From NCBI RefSeq assembly GCF_009834535.1, contig NC_045707.1:63180001-63244000 (forward strand): a stretch of 64,000 nucleotides of DNA. Direction: 5' to 3'. Source of the stretch: Camelus ferus (taxonomy: Eukaryota). How positions within the stretch are numbered: the first letter of the stretch is position 1; the number at the start of each line of letters is the position of its first letter. The translations under genes were made by a program, and so were the position numbers. Of the stretch, positions 12,794 to 25,441 are shown in pieces. Under the pieces are notes generated by a model. That model had not been told where the DNA came from and searched no databases. It was given only the letters and a program-made list of their open reading frames with translations.

Positions 12794-12953
12794 TTTTTTT
12801 TTTTTAATTGATGCACAGTCAGTTACAATGTGTCAATTTCTGGAATACTTCTCAGCCATAAAAAAGAATAAAGTAATGCCATTTTCAGCAACATGGATGG
12901 ACCTAGAGATTGTCATTCTAAGTGACGTAAGCCAGGAAGAGAAAGAAAAATAC
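12794..12953 (-). mobile_element. 5'-inverted, internally deleted mini LINE-1
   Basis: poly(T) 12794-12805, then antisense L1 3' terminus (12806-12843), then plus-strand ORF2 C-terminal segment (EYFSAIKKNKVMPFSATWMDLEIVILSDVSQEEKEKY). Confidence 0.8.
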
Positions 12954-13029
12954 TTTCATGGTGATGTTCCTAAAAGAGACAGTGTTTGAGTTGGACTTCC
13001 AAAGAGAAGTAAGATTTCGACAGGCAGAC

Positions 13030-13500
13030 AGAGGTACTATATGCATTCATTTATACAAGTATGTATTTACTGAGCATCTCCTTTGAGCAACAGAAGCACT
13101 GTTCTACCCTCCAAGCTCCTCATTCCCTGCTCTCATGGCTCTTATATTTACATGTGGGTGTGTGGAGGAGGAGGAGGTCAATTAACAATTAGCAAATGAA
13201 TGAAAGCAATTTAGTAAATGATAAATGCTATTTTAAAAAAAACACATAATAGAGTAAGGCAATGACTGACTTGTGGGGTGTTGTTGGGTCAAGGCAGACT
13301 CTCGAAGGGAATCACAGCTCACCTGAGGGGTGAATAACGGCAGAAGCCAGCTGTCTGAAGATCTGTAGAAGTGGGTTGTCCTAAGAGGGGATGAAAAACA
13401 CACAAGCCCAAAGGAGGAAATAAGAGTGGCATATTGAACAAAGAGAATGAAGGTCGGTGCAGCTGAAGCACATAGAGTGTAGATGCAAGGAGTGGTACAA
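13030..13500. mobile_element. L2 LINE fragment
   Basis: cattcattt...tatttactgagcatctcc...cctgctctcatgg...cttatattta; L2 3'-end-like. Confidence 0.6.
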
Positions 13501-13545
13501 AGTATAAGTACATAACAGATAGACTTCTCTCTACTTAAGATTGCA

Positions 13546-13660
13546 CCTTTAATGGAAAAGAATATGAAAATGAATATACGTGTATATGCATGACTGGGAC
13601 CAGAAACTGACACATTAACTGACTGTACTTCAATAAAATAGATAATAATAATAAATAAAA
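13546..13660 (+). mobile_element. Short 5'-truncated L1 3' terminus with A-rich tail
   Basis: cctttaatggaaaagaatatgaaaatgaatata...cagaaactgacacatt-aactgactgtacttcaataaaa; homologous to 44311-44480 and to the reverse complement of 12806-12843. Confidence 0.8.
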
Positions 13661-13832
13661 GAATACATCCAGCATAAAGAACAAAAGAAAATAAAGTATA
13701 AGACTAACAAAAGTACTGTAAGATCTTTTAAAGAAAATAAAACTATTTTATTGAAACACACACACACACAAAAAAGATTATGCCCTGAGAAATTCCGTAA
13801 ATATGAACACACTGGGTCAATTCTGCCTGCCA

Positions 13833-13847
13833 CCAGCAGATGGCAAC
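13833..13847 (+). promoter_or_regulatory. Candidate CTCF motif
   Basis: CCAGCAGATGGCAAC matches the CCASYAGRKGGCR core; motif match only. Confidence 0.3.
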
Positions 13848-14629
13848 AGTAGTAGAAGGTCTGGTGCCATTTACTTGTAGGAACTTGGACTTGGACTTGG
13901 GAACAATTTTTCGGAACCAAGCCTGTTGCACACCAGAGGCACTTCTGTACACTGGCATTCTCCAAGAGCCCGGAGTACTCAGGTCCCCAAGACCAAGAGC
14001 AAATCTGGCCGCATTCTGGGATCTGGTGTGGTTCAAATGGCACAGAGAGGACTCGAGACATGGGCCAGATGTAGAGTTCGGAAGGAAGAGGGAGGTGCAC
14101 CTGGGTGCAGCCGTCAGGCAGCAGACACCCAACAGCATCCTATGGAGGTGTGGTGAGGGGGCAGCTAACGGTTGGTGCCTAAGATCTCAGGCTATAGTGA
14201 CCTAAGCAGGCAGCTGGTGACAGGTTGGTGACAGAAATCTGAGGGCAGAAAAGTCAGACCTGAGAAACAAAGCTGTACTTCAACCAGACAAGGACTCTCC
14301 AGCAAATGGAGCCAGATTCAGAAAAAGCGACTGAGAACTGAATAAAACACAGAGGGATCAGTAACGGGCGGCAGCTTCTCAGACACTCATGGACTTTATA
14401 ACAGATATGGGAAACTATGTCTACGGGTGGCAAAAGGAAAAAAGGAGAGAGAAAAAAGTTTTCAATAGATTATGTTCCTCCAAACACAATAACCTTATAT
14501 CAAAGTACTGAAGAAGCTTGGATTTTGTTCTAACAACTATTGAGAGAGATTTTTAACTGTGCCTCTCTGCTCTGCACCTTCGTAACTTAAGCAATCTCAC
14601 AGATCCTTTTAAATTTTAAGAACATCTTC

Positions 14630-15125
14630 AGGAAGCATATATCCACATAAAGACTTGTCCACAAATGTTCGTAACGGTTTTATTTCCAATATCCCCAAAC
14701 TGGAATTAAATCAAATGTCCATCAACAAGTACATGGATCACGTGTGGTATATCCACACAATAAAATACTACTCAGCAATAAAAAGAAATAAATGATCAAC
14801 ACATGCAACAACATAGATGAACACCAGGATAGTTATACTGAGTAAAAAGGAGGAAAAAAAAAATACATGCTGTATAATTCATGCCATTTATATAAAATGT
14901 TAGAAAATGCCAACTAATCTATAGAATCAAAAAGCAGATCGGTAGTCGCCTGGGGACAAAGAAGGGAGGGATTAAAAATAGCAACAGGAAACTTTGAGGG
15001 GTGTGAAAGGCTCATTATGGTGATGATTTCAGGGGTGTGTACATATCTTAAAGCATCAAATTGGACATTTTAAATCTGCAAAGCATACTGCATATCACCA
15101 CACTTCAATGAAGCTGTTAAAAAAT
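14630..15125 (+). mobile_element. Old L1M (MB/MC-type) 3' end
   Basis: atatccacataaagacttgt...aaatgtccatcaaca...tactactcagcaataaaaag...caatgaagctgttaaaaaa. Confidence 0.8.
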
Positions 15126-17049
15126 GGATCTTCAGTAACGAAAATGTTCTTTGCTTAACTTTGGAGATAGTAAGATTTATTCACAATGAATTAACTTGTT
15201 TTAATTGTTGCACAATAATTTGTCACGAGACTATATCCATTAAAATGTGCAACCATAACTCTCTAATACGCCTTGAAAACAGAAGGAAGAAAACGCAAAT
15301 GTTTTGGGATCTAATTTACTTGGCAATTCAAAGAAAATACTGGATAAAATTATGCATAGGAGTCTGTTTCCAATTAATTAGTACAGTCCTAAACACTATA
15401 GGCAGATAGCAAATATGCGTATCTTACTAGTGAATGTGATTACATAAACTAACATAAAAATCTGACTTTCTCTACTTGCTCCCTTCAATGCACTATAATT
15501 TGATTTCTACCTTTAACACTATGTCAGAACTGCTTTTGCTAGCTAAGATCACAAAATCTCATGGAGACCTCTCAGTATTTTTTGTTTGTTTGTTTTTGTT
15601 TGTGATATGGCTAAGGATTATCAAGCTGTTCATTAGGGCCTGTCATGATACGACGTCCACGTTTCTCACTCTCTGCTTCTCAGATCAGCCTCTCTTGCTG
15701 TTGTTCTTGTTTATTGTTTGTTTTCTTACTTTCCTGTCATCCTCTGACTTTTGAAAACCGAAGTTCCAGGATTTCCATCTGTGTGTGGTTTCTTTTCACC
15801 CGTTCTACTAGTTTTCTTTGCATGTTCTCACCCACTCCAGTGTCACCTGTCACCACCCACATGCCCAGACAGCTCTCTTGGAGCTTCAGAGGAAAGTATC
15901 TAAGCACCTTAGTAGTAGACTGTTAATTGGTAGCTCGCCGCCTGCCACACACACACCGCCAATGTACTATTCCTTCTAGAACAGTCCCCTCACCACTAAT
16001 CTGGTTTAAATCTTAAGAAAGCTTTGCAGCTTCCTCTTTTGGACTCTGGGGAAAGTCACTAGTCACCAGGAAAAATATCCCACCACCCTGACACCAGCAC
16101 GCTAATAGGAACCCTGAAACCATGTGGAAATGTTCAAAGAATCACCAAACAGGGTCTAATAAAACATACAAACTGAAATCCAGTCTCCAGCATGGGTGGC
16201 AGGGCCCTGATGCATAACTTCGTGAACCAGAAATAGACTCTAATGTACTCCACATTACTAAATCACCACTAGCAGATACAGCGTGCGAACACAGCAGCTC
16301 TCTCCTCTCTGCCACAGTCCAATGCTGAGCTCAGAGATGATCGGTTTGTCATCCAGAACAAGAGGCACTGTCCCTAGCTCTGGGCGCATCCAAGTCCTGG
16401 CCACCTCCCGCTCAGATCCTCTCTGCTGGGATACCAAGCTCACACCACGCGCTCTGAGAGTGACAGGCATAGAGGAGATCCACCTGAAACCTGACCTCAG
16501 ATACTTGTCAGGTGCTTGACAGTTTCCCTTTTGCCTGAGCCTGGAGTCCTGACTCCTCGACAAGATTTCTTCACTTGCCCATTTCTGCCCCGCTGTCCAC
16601 ACCCACACTTGTCAGTTCATTTTGAATTTGCCATTCATTGATTCACCTAAAAATCTGAGACTAGCAAGAGAGTCCCTGGTAAGATCAGGACCCCCAGTGC
16701 CCCAGACGTCAATGTTGAACCTGAAAAAGTGAAGAACGTCCTAGAAGACAAGAGGTTGAATTATAAGGAAAGAAGTGTTACTCCCAGCAACTCAAGACTA
16801 TCATCTCAGGAGCCCATCCCTCCAAACTCAGGCAGACAACTGACCCCCTGCCAAGCCCCGAGTATCACGAGAGGACATGGCGCTTTCCTTGTAAAGCAAC
16901 ACGCGTCCCTGGTGGCGTGTGAAATTTTCTGCTCCGAAAATCCGAAATGCTATTCATTAATCCTAGAAGTTCTGGTCTTACAACAGGCAAAGAATCCATA
17001 AGGTTTTCCATGGGAATCACTAATCTTTCTTATTTTCCCTGTACATGTT

Positions 17050-17330
17050 GTATATTTCATTCATTCATTCATTCACTCATTCACTCACAAAGTTTGTTGA
17101 GTCCTTATCCTGTCCCAGCAGCGAAGGAAACTGACAACGACCCAGCTCTCAGGAAGCCTACATTCCAGCTTCAGGGGTTGGGGGGTAGGGAGCCAAAATA
17201 CTCAAATAAACATCAAGCCAAATGAGACTGATTGGGACTATGATGAAAATAACACAGGGATGTTAAAGAATGGCAGGGCTGGGGAGGAGACTTTAGATTG
17301 AGTGACCAACAGAAGCCTCTAGAGAGGTGG
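17050..17330. mobile_element. L2 fragment with (TTCA)n end
   Basis: tttcattcattcattcattcactcattcactcac followed by L2-like body. Confidence 0.65.
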
Positions 17331-17879
17331 CCTCTACGCTCCATGAAGGCAGGTCATTGTATATTTCAATTGCTGCATTTCCAACACAGTGCTGAGCACA
17401 TGATTGATGTTCAAGAATTTACTGCAAAATAAATGAAAAATTTCCCTTCTGATGACAAGTCATAGTGAATTTAGCTGACAACCCGTTTCGCCTGAAGTTA
17501 CAAACCAAACAGATATGTAATGTGATCAATACCCATCCAAGAAAAAAGCATTAAATTCTGCAGTTCTGGCCGTCAGTTCCACGGTTTTACTCTCTGCCAC
17601 ATGAAGTGTTCTTCAGTTCCTTTAAACTCCTCTGCTAAGTATCACTTAGATGCGCTTCCTCCAGATTAAAAGACACACTGAACTTTTTGCCCTGGTTCGT
17701 CCACCCCAAAGCCATCCTGTTTCCAAATCCCCAGGCTTCGGATCTTACGCCTCCTCCTGTTTCCTGCCTCGCTTCATCCTTTAAATTTCATCCTCGGTAC
17801 TGTCTTCCATGCCGTATCCTAGCAGCTTCTCAAATCACAACCCAAGTTATCTTTCCAGCTCTGCTGCCCAGGCCTTCTT

Positions 17880-18080
17880 GGTAGAGGTTAAAGTCCACAC
17901 GGCCTGAGATCCAAACCCAGGTCTAACATTACTGGCTGTGGAACTCCAAACAAATTGTTCAATCTGGCTCAGCTCCCACTCCCTCCTTGATAGAATGGGG
18001 ATATTAGTGGTAACTTCCTTGCACGTTGTGGTGAAGATTAAACGAGATGGTCCATGTAAAGAACTTAGTCCTCAGCACAA
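17880..18080. mobile_element. MIR SINE
   Basis: ggctgtggaact...ctcagctccc...aatggggata...gttgtggtgaagattaaacgagat...gtaaagaacttag. Confidence 0.65.
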
Positions 18081-19689
18081 AACATGATAAAGCAACACTG
18101 TCACAATTGGGGACCTTTCCAGTTTATGCCCACCTTGGGGAATCAGAAGACAGGCCCTGACGTGAGAGAAGAGGAACCTTGCCTTTGAATGAAGATGAAG
18201 TGTTTGCTAATATGTTACATTAGGCATCTTGATTTCCAAGTTGAAAATTTTGTTTATGATGTAAAGCAATACAGGACCTACCTAAGAAAGAGCTTAAAAA
18301 AAAAAATGTCATAGGACATTCCCATATTATTATTCAGGGATGCTAAATAAGTTTTAAAGGTATAGCAGATTTAAAAAAAAAGTTGTACTTTGATGATGCC
18401 ATGACTGGCACTTGAAGATAACTATCTACAGAAGCATTCATGCTTAAGTATTAAAAATAAAACTCCTTGCTCTGACAGTTACTGTATGTGACTGGTATAA
18501 ATATAAATTGCATCTGAAACAGTAATATTAATAAGACAAAATTCATAGATGTCACCTACTACTGGTATTTCTAAAAGGAGAATAAACTTTTCCCTTCCTT
18601 TCAAGTGCATATTCTGAAGTTTTTTTAACTCACAAGCAGATGAGATTCTAAACGGCTGTTTTTAAGTTTATTTGACAAAAAGGAGTTTGTTTTGCTATCC
18701 CTGGATACATTTCCACCAAATTTAAAAGCAAATCAGTCCTTCAAAGCTTTAAAACAAAACACACTTTCTACTGATGGACTTTCTATCTGGGCATATTTCC
18801 ATCAAAAAAGACTGGTTTCAGCTACACATTTTAGCCCATAACAGAATTTTCATCAGCACCACTTGTATTCACAAGCCTAAGCATTTAAGTTCTCAAACTC
18901 CTAGCTTTCTCCTGAACTAGCATTAGCCCATAATAAGCAGTCAATGTTTTTGCTGATCCTCCCACCACATACTCCGAAAACTTTTTTTTTTTCATTTCTG
19001 CAATCACTGTTCCTCGACACTTACTGATTACTGTCAATTGCAAAGGAGGAACACTTCTCAAGTTTTGCCTAATTCCCTTTTTCCCTGAAAAAGAATTCGT
19101 ATTCCAAAGGACTTATCCCATATGCACAAAGAAAGTTCGTCATCTTCTCACCCATTTAATTTCTAAAATTAGCTCTACTTTCATTTCCATGATCGTATTT
19201 TGCATCTTGTTTCAAGCACTCTTCAAAGCTCACGGTCTTTAATGGACATGATGAGGCTTAAACACCAAGAGGACACTAAACGAGTCTCCCCAACATTTGG
19301 TGACAGGCCACACTGTCCAATGCTTGTTATACAACAAAGATGTGGTGTTATCCAAGAGAAGGTAGGTTGTAAGCAAAGGTTCCTTTCTATGAAGGGTTCA
19401 TTCACAATATATTTTCATTTACTCCTAAAATACTTATTCATTACCTAATGTAGGTCAGACGGATCTGCACACTGGATACATAAACCTTGAACAATAAAGC
19501 TGCTGTTCCATTAAAGCCCCAAGGAGTTTAAAAACCAATGGGGGATACAAAACAGTGTATATATATATATCAATACCCATCCAAGAAAGAGCATTATATA
19601 CGTGTATATATAATAGACACACAAAAAGGAAACTGCAGTGAGTTCCTGTACTAGCAGGAGTACACGGTATAACGGATTCACCAAGAACA

Positions 19690-20390
19690 GAGATTAAGAA
19701 TATGGTCTCTGAAGCCAGGCAGCCTAGGTTCCAAATTCCATTCTGCTACTTAGCAGGCGTGTTTCTTATTATTTCTGCCGCCTCATTTCCCTTACCTATA
19801 AAATGAAGAGCTTATAATTGCAACTATTTCACAGGGTCGCTGTGAAAGCTATGGATGGAACATGATTCTCAAGCATCTCTCACATTTCTGTATGTCTTAT
19901 GAGCACACATACTGACTGCTTTTTGTTCCAGACCATCTTTTAAAGTATATTGGTATAGCAAAAATAGACAGTGTCCTCTCCAAAGCAAAGGACAGGCATA
20001 TATACCTGTTTTGTAAATTAAAAAAAAAAAAATTGGATCCCCATGGCTAAGAGTTCCTCACCGATTATATGATCCATTGCCAAAGCGGGTGTCCCCTGGA
20101 CCTCTTTGCATTGCTCCTGGGAATTTGGGCTCAGGGAACTGGCACAGAAAATGCTGATACTCTGGGTACTTCTATACCTAAAGCAATGAAGTTTTATTGT
20201 CTCCAATCCCAGAATTTCATGTCTTCCGCCAGCTTTCATGAAACAATGGCTGGCTGACGAGCCAAGCTTGCATATAGGATGAGATAAAATCTCAAGAGTC
20301 TTTATAGTTCTTGACAACTACATGAGCTGATAGATGCGAGGTGCTTAGAACAGAAACTAGCAAGTGGTAAGTTCTCAACAGCTGTTGGCT
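19690..20390. mobile_element. MIR SINE split by the LTR at 19852-20316
   Basis: MIR 5' half at 19690-19850 and 3' half at 20320-20390 (gtgcttagaacag...gtaagttctcaa). Confidence 0.6.
19852..20316 (+). mobile_element. ERVL-class solo LTR (LTR40-like, subfamily uncertain)
   Basis: TG...CA termini (ends ttcttgaca); internal text aagcatctctcacatttctg...ctgactgctttttgttccagacc. Confidence 0.6.
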
Positions 20391-20392
20391 AG

Positions 20393-20855
20393 TGTGGTGG
20401 ACAGAAAAAATACCTCTCCAGAGACGTCCACGCCCTCATTCCTAGAACCCGTGAATATATTAGATCGCTTAGCAAAGAGGAATTAAGGCCACAAATGGAA
20501 TTAACGCTGCTCATCAGCTGACCTTGAAATGGAAAAATATCCTGGATTATCCAGGTAGACTCAGCATAATCACAAGGACTAAAAAGTGAAAGCAAGAGTC
20601 AGAAGAGTTGGTGTCAGAGTGAGGAAATGTAAAAAAAGACTCCAGAGGCCACTGCTGGCCTTGAAGATGGAAGGCGACCATGAGCCAAGGAATGCAGGGT
20701 TGCCAGGAATCGGAAAAGGCAAGGAAATTTAGAGATTCTCCCCTGAAGAAAAGCCTTTATTGAGAGCAATGTCAAACTGTAAGACAATAAATTTGTGTTG
20801 TTTTAAGCCACTAAAGATGTGGTAGTTTGTTACAGCATCAATAATAAACTGATAA
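20393..20855 (+). mobile_element. MaLR solo LTR (MLT1D-like)
   Basis: tgtggtggacagaa...gaggaattaagg...atcctggattatccagg...aataaatttgtgttgttttaagccactaa...tttgttacagca. Confidence 0.85.
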
Positions 20856-23689
20856 GAGTACCATTCTCATCATTATTACCTTTATCACTATTACTAAATT
20901 GATCGACATTCTCTATTACGACAACAGCATTGCATCACATTACTCCGATATATTGCTATAACAATGTTACTTTATTATTATCATGATTACCATATAAAAG
21001 AAGTCCCTCATCTTCATATAGGACTGGGGAAAGGCTTCCTGGAGAAAGTCAGTTAAGAGGTCTGTTGAGTGGAAGGAGAGTTCAGGCTAAGGGTATGTGC
21101 AAACAAGTGAGAGAGAACATGGTACTTTCAGGAAACAAAAACTGGATCAACACGGCTGAGGCATATAGTGAAAAATCTTATTTGGGACATGCTGAGTTCG
21201 AGTTGCCTCTGGAACATCCATATAGAGATATCCCATATGAGGCTGAATATCAAGGTCTGATGTGTTGGGGAGGGTTTGGACTGCAGGAGCAGGTTGAAGT
21301 CATCAACATGTCTATAGTAAGTAAACTACAACCCATGGTGAGAATAGAAAAGGGCTAAGATGTCTGAGGAGCACTGAGATTTAAGAAACAGGCAGAGGAA
21401 TGGGGCAAAGGGAACAGACCTACCAATGATACGAACAGGCACTGTCATAAACAGGTGTGTGTGGGGGGGGGAGCCAGGAAACGAGACACCACGTCATTCT
21501 AAAGTAGTGACCCAGCCAAAAATGAAGCAAGAGTTGACAGTGTCTGTGAATACCCTAGGTATATCTAAAAAACACAGACAGTAGAGGGTCAAGTAGTTAA
21601 GTATTAATTGTTTTCAAAGAATACTAACTTACCATTCAGTATCATTTTCAACAGATTTTCAAAATGAATTATAAAATCTTTTATTTAGATATAACACAAA
21701 GTCTAATTATATGTGTCAGCAAGATCACCTGCAAGGGGGGAATAACACCATGCCGGGGGCTCTCATTAATCAGCTACTTAATGAGTGTTGGCTGCCGGAG
21801 TGAGCCCATCCCACAGCATGGAACCTGAGAGTCTTTCTCGTTTGACAAGTTTAAGGTAGCTGGGAGCCATTTTAGAGGTTTGGATCGCTCTTTGACAATC
21901 TTTAATTGACAGATTCACATTTCCAGCAGAAGAGAAGATAAAAACAGTACTATTTATAAATGAGCATCCTTAACTCTTGAAACTTGGAGTTGTCAGTAAA
22001 ATATAGTTCCAAATTCATATGCACTTTAGAGAGTCTGAGTACAGAGTGGTTATTCTTGAAAGAAATGATTAATGTAAGCTTGGTAAAGTGGAAACAAAGA
22101 TTCATTTGTGCCTTAAGGCCAATTCCTCTTAGCATAAACTGTACTAGTAATACACACACTATTCAATAAAAAAAAAATGCAAACATATAATTCTAAGGAA
22201 CCACTGTTGATTCTTAGCTTAAAACTGTCTAGCATTATTTTTACAGCAAAAAAAAAAAAAAATCAAGTACTTGTTGAAGCTGCTGAAAAGAAAATCACTG
22301 AAGCCCTACAGCTGTTGATTTTTTTTTAATCACTTATTGCAGTACAAAGTGTTGTCTGATATCAACTGGCATCTAAACAATGGATGAATTTCTGGAGAGC
22401 TAGTGGGATTAACAGGAGATTCCAAAATTCACCGTGAATTTTAAAAGTTCCTAAGGGAAATCTCTGATGGTGTTTGGTGTAATGAAGGCAGAGAGAAAAG
22501 GGAAGAAAATAAGAGTCTAAAAAATAGCACAATTACAGAAACAGAAAACACAGTGACGCCATGTTACTTTACTAAATTTTAACACTAATTCAAAGCTAAT
22601 TTTCCTTTAAGAGAAATAAAATAGAACTTTATCGATTTCACCCTTGGCATATTACTAAAAGCCTTTAATCTTTTTATAATCCAAACCCATAGATTTACCA
22701 TTTGAAATAACATCAAGTCACCCAATGCCATGAAGAAAAATGAATGTCATGTTCCATTCAGGCTGAATTATGTATCAGATAGGAGGTATTGATCAAAATA
22801 TGAAACATATCTTTCATTACTAAAAGTACTTGATGCTTTGTTATAAATATCTTTTGAGAACATAAAGAAACTGCCTTTTCCAAATTTTTCTACAGAAGAA
22901 TTTCTGAGAGCTTCTATTCAGTGATTTTTTTTTTCCAAAACCCATTACTAGTGTTCCAAATAGTCCCTGGTTCAATTTACATTAGATCAAGAAATGAAAT
23001 ACAGGAAGAACTAATAATGAGCTGGAGATTGAACTGAACCCTTTAATTCTCTAAGCTCCAGTATCTAATGTGCATCAGTAAGTTATATTCCTGAAGAACA
23101 TTTTATAGGAAAGCAAATATTTTGTACGCCTAATGGGGAAATGCTGAGAAGAGGCAATTTTTTTTTGTACCACCATAAAAATGTTGCTCCTCATGTAAAT
23201 ACTCAGGGAATTGACATGATGGAAAATTGCCAGAAGCCATTTTCCTAACACCACACTTAATAGAGCACGAGGGTTCTACAGTTCAACACGACATGCGACT
23301 GATCACTGTACACTTACTTGCAGCAGGGAGACGATCATGAAGACAACAGTAACACCCTTCTCATTATTTCTGTTTCTTCTTGTCCTCCTAACACACTATA
23401 CAAATTTTGTACTTGTCTCTTGGAACCTGTCTGAATAGCTATTAAAACGAAAGCCGGTATTCTTTGCAGCACTGCACTAAAATGTCCAAGTCCAAGGGGA
23501 CTAAAAGTTCTGCTCATGCTTTTCAGGAGCATTTGGGATATTCCAGTCCTGGATGGGGGATGGCACCCTTAAAGACTGACCACCTGACAGCCTGGGTGGA
23601 AAATGCTACAAAGTGTTTGGGATATTCTAAGAGGTGACTACCTCCAGAAGCTTTTGTCCACCACTCTGGACCTCAGTGCACTATGTAGG

Positions 23690-23850
23690 TGTATGTGTGT
23701 GTATGTATGCGTGGATAAACAAGTATTTATTATATAATAATATAATGTGTATGTTATATAAATATACATACTGAGTATACATAAAGAGTAGATACTGCAT
23801 AATATTACAAAAATATATATACACGCTATATATATATATATATATATGAT
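23690..23850. repeat. TA/TG-rich low-complexity tract ending in (TA)n
   Basis: Direct reading. Confidence 0.8.
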
Positions 23851-24169
23851 AGAAATTAGCTGAAGTCTGGTGGATTCATTGAATTTTATCAGTCTATCTT
23901 TCTAAACTCATGCTAGAAATAGACTGCTTTGTATCTCAGGCAGATGGAGGTATTAAAACCAGACCACAGTTGTGGATTTTGCCCCCGAGGGTCAAATTTA
24001 ATAATGACAACTAATCATATTTCTCAAAAATCATCCTCAAAGCCTCTAAATGAGCTATGCAAAGACACTAACTCTAACTTTTCAGCTGGTTTTACTCCTA
24101 AACTTCTGATCTCTACCACGCCTCAGGTTTCATCAGTTGTTGACTACTAGGTACATTCTCCTATTTAAT

Positions 24170-24285
24170 GCAGTTCCCAGCAGAATCTCAGGACCAGCTC
24201 CAGATCTACTGAATCCAGAATATGCATTTTTAACAAGGTCCTCAAGGGATTCATATATACATTAAAATCTGAGAAGCACTGACCT
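24170..24285. mobile_element. MER5A-like hAT-Charlie MITE fragment
   Basis: cagaatctcagg...ctactgaatccagaatatgcatttttaacaag...tgagaagcactg. Confidence 0.7.
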
Positions 24286-24719
24286 ACAGTGAATCTTCCA
24301 AGATGGGCTGCCTTCCCCCCAGGGGTTGTATAAGACCATCCACGAAGGTGTGAACATAAATTTGAGCTTTTATTTGTACTTATGTTTGTCTGATACAGAT
24401 ACTCTCCCCAGGTCGAATTATCAAAGACCATCAGAAGAGAGCAGGAGTTCCACAGACATCATAGCAGCACCTCCTTGCTCATTAGCTCAGTTGCAAGGGA
24501 CTAAGGCATGTGGCAGTTACTGGAGCACCAATTAAATGGATTTATGGATCATATTATCTAGTGTAACTAAACCAACCCTCACAAGATAAATAGGTGACTT
24601 AAACAGACTTCTGCAAAAAAAAATAATAATAATAGATCGAGGTTCATATTAATAATACAAAGACACCAAAAAACAAGAAAATGATGGAGCTGACATTTCA
24701 TCAATTCTGAGTAAAACTG

Positions 24720-24920
24720 ACCATTGTTTTTTGAGCGCGTAGTAAGGGTCAGCCACTTTCTAAGTGGTTTACGTATTTTAACTCCATCAATCATAACAAT
24801 TCTTTGAGACAGATACTGGTCACAGCTTTGTTTCGCAAATGAGGAATAACACAGAAATATGAATTGCCCAGAACAGTTTGGAATCAGCAAAGATGGGATC
24901 CAAACTTTGGCAGACTGGTT
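24720..24920. mobile_element. MIR SINE
   Basis: ttgagcg...ttctaagtggtttacgtatttta...tcataacaattctttgag...gcaaatgagga...ttgcccag. Confidence 0.6.
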
Positions 24921-25255
24921 TTGATCCCCCAACCACCACACTCTATTCATTTGTTGTATCTACATTATAAGGCAAAAGGATATAATTATCTATCACAAAA
25001 AAATGTCAGAAAGAAAATTAATTTATCAACAGGAGTACTTGCCCTGTTGATTTACATCCATTCTCATTCACAATGAACTTCACTTTGAACTTCACTCTAA
25101 GTTATGCTGTGCCTTGAAATTTAGCTATTAGAAGTATTATGTGTACTATTTCAAAATTAAATCAACATAGCTAAGTAGGAACGAGCATGCTCAAAAATTT
25201 CATTGCAGTGGTACACAAACAGAGGGAAAAAATAAAGGAGACTTCTGTCATAAAG

Positions 25256-25441
25256 CAGTGGTTCCCAAATTTGAGCATTCAGGGAAATTACCTGGAGAGG
25301 TGGTTAAAATACATATTTCTGGGCCCCACATCTAGAGTTTCTGATTCCGTAGATCTGGGGTAGGGCCTGAATTGGTATTCTAACAAGTTCCCAGGTAATG
25401 TTGATGTTGCTGATCAGGTGATCACACCTTGAGAACCATTG
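25256..25441. mobile_element. Full-length MER5A hAT-Charlie MITE with 8-bp TSD
   Basis: Terminal inverted repeats cagtggttcccaaa / ttgagaaccattg; flanks tcataaag / ttataaag. Confidence 0.85.

Noticed and set aside
13630..14205. Overlapping 120-156 aa ORFs on both strands
   Set aside because: No recognisable domain or convincing splice context; the slightly higher GC lowers stop frequency. Possibly an old unassigned LTR.
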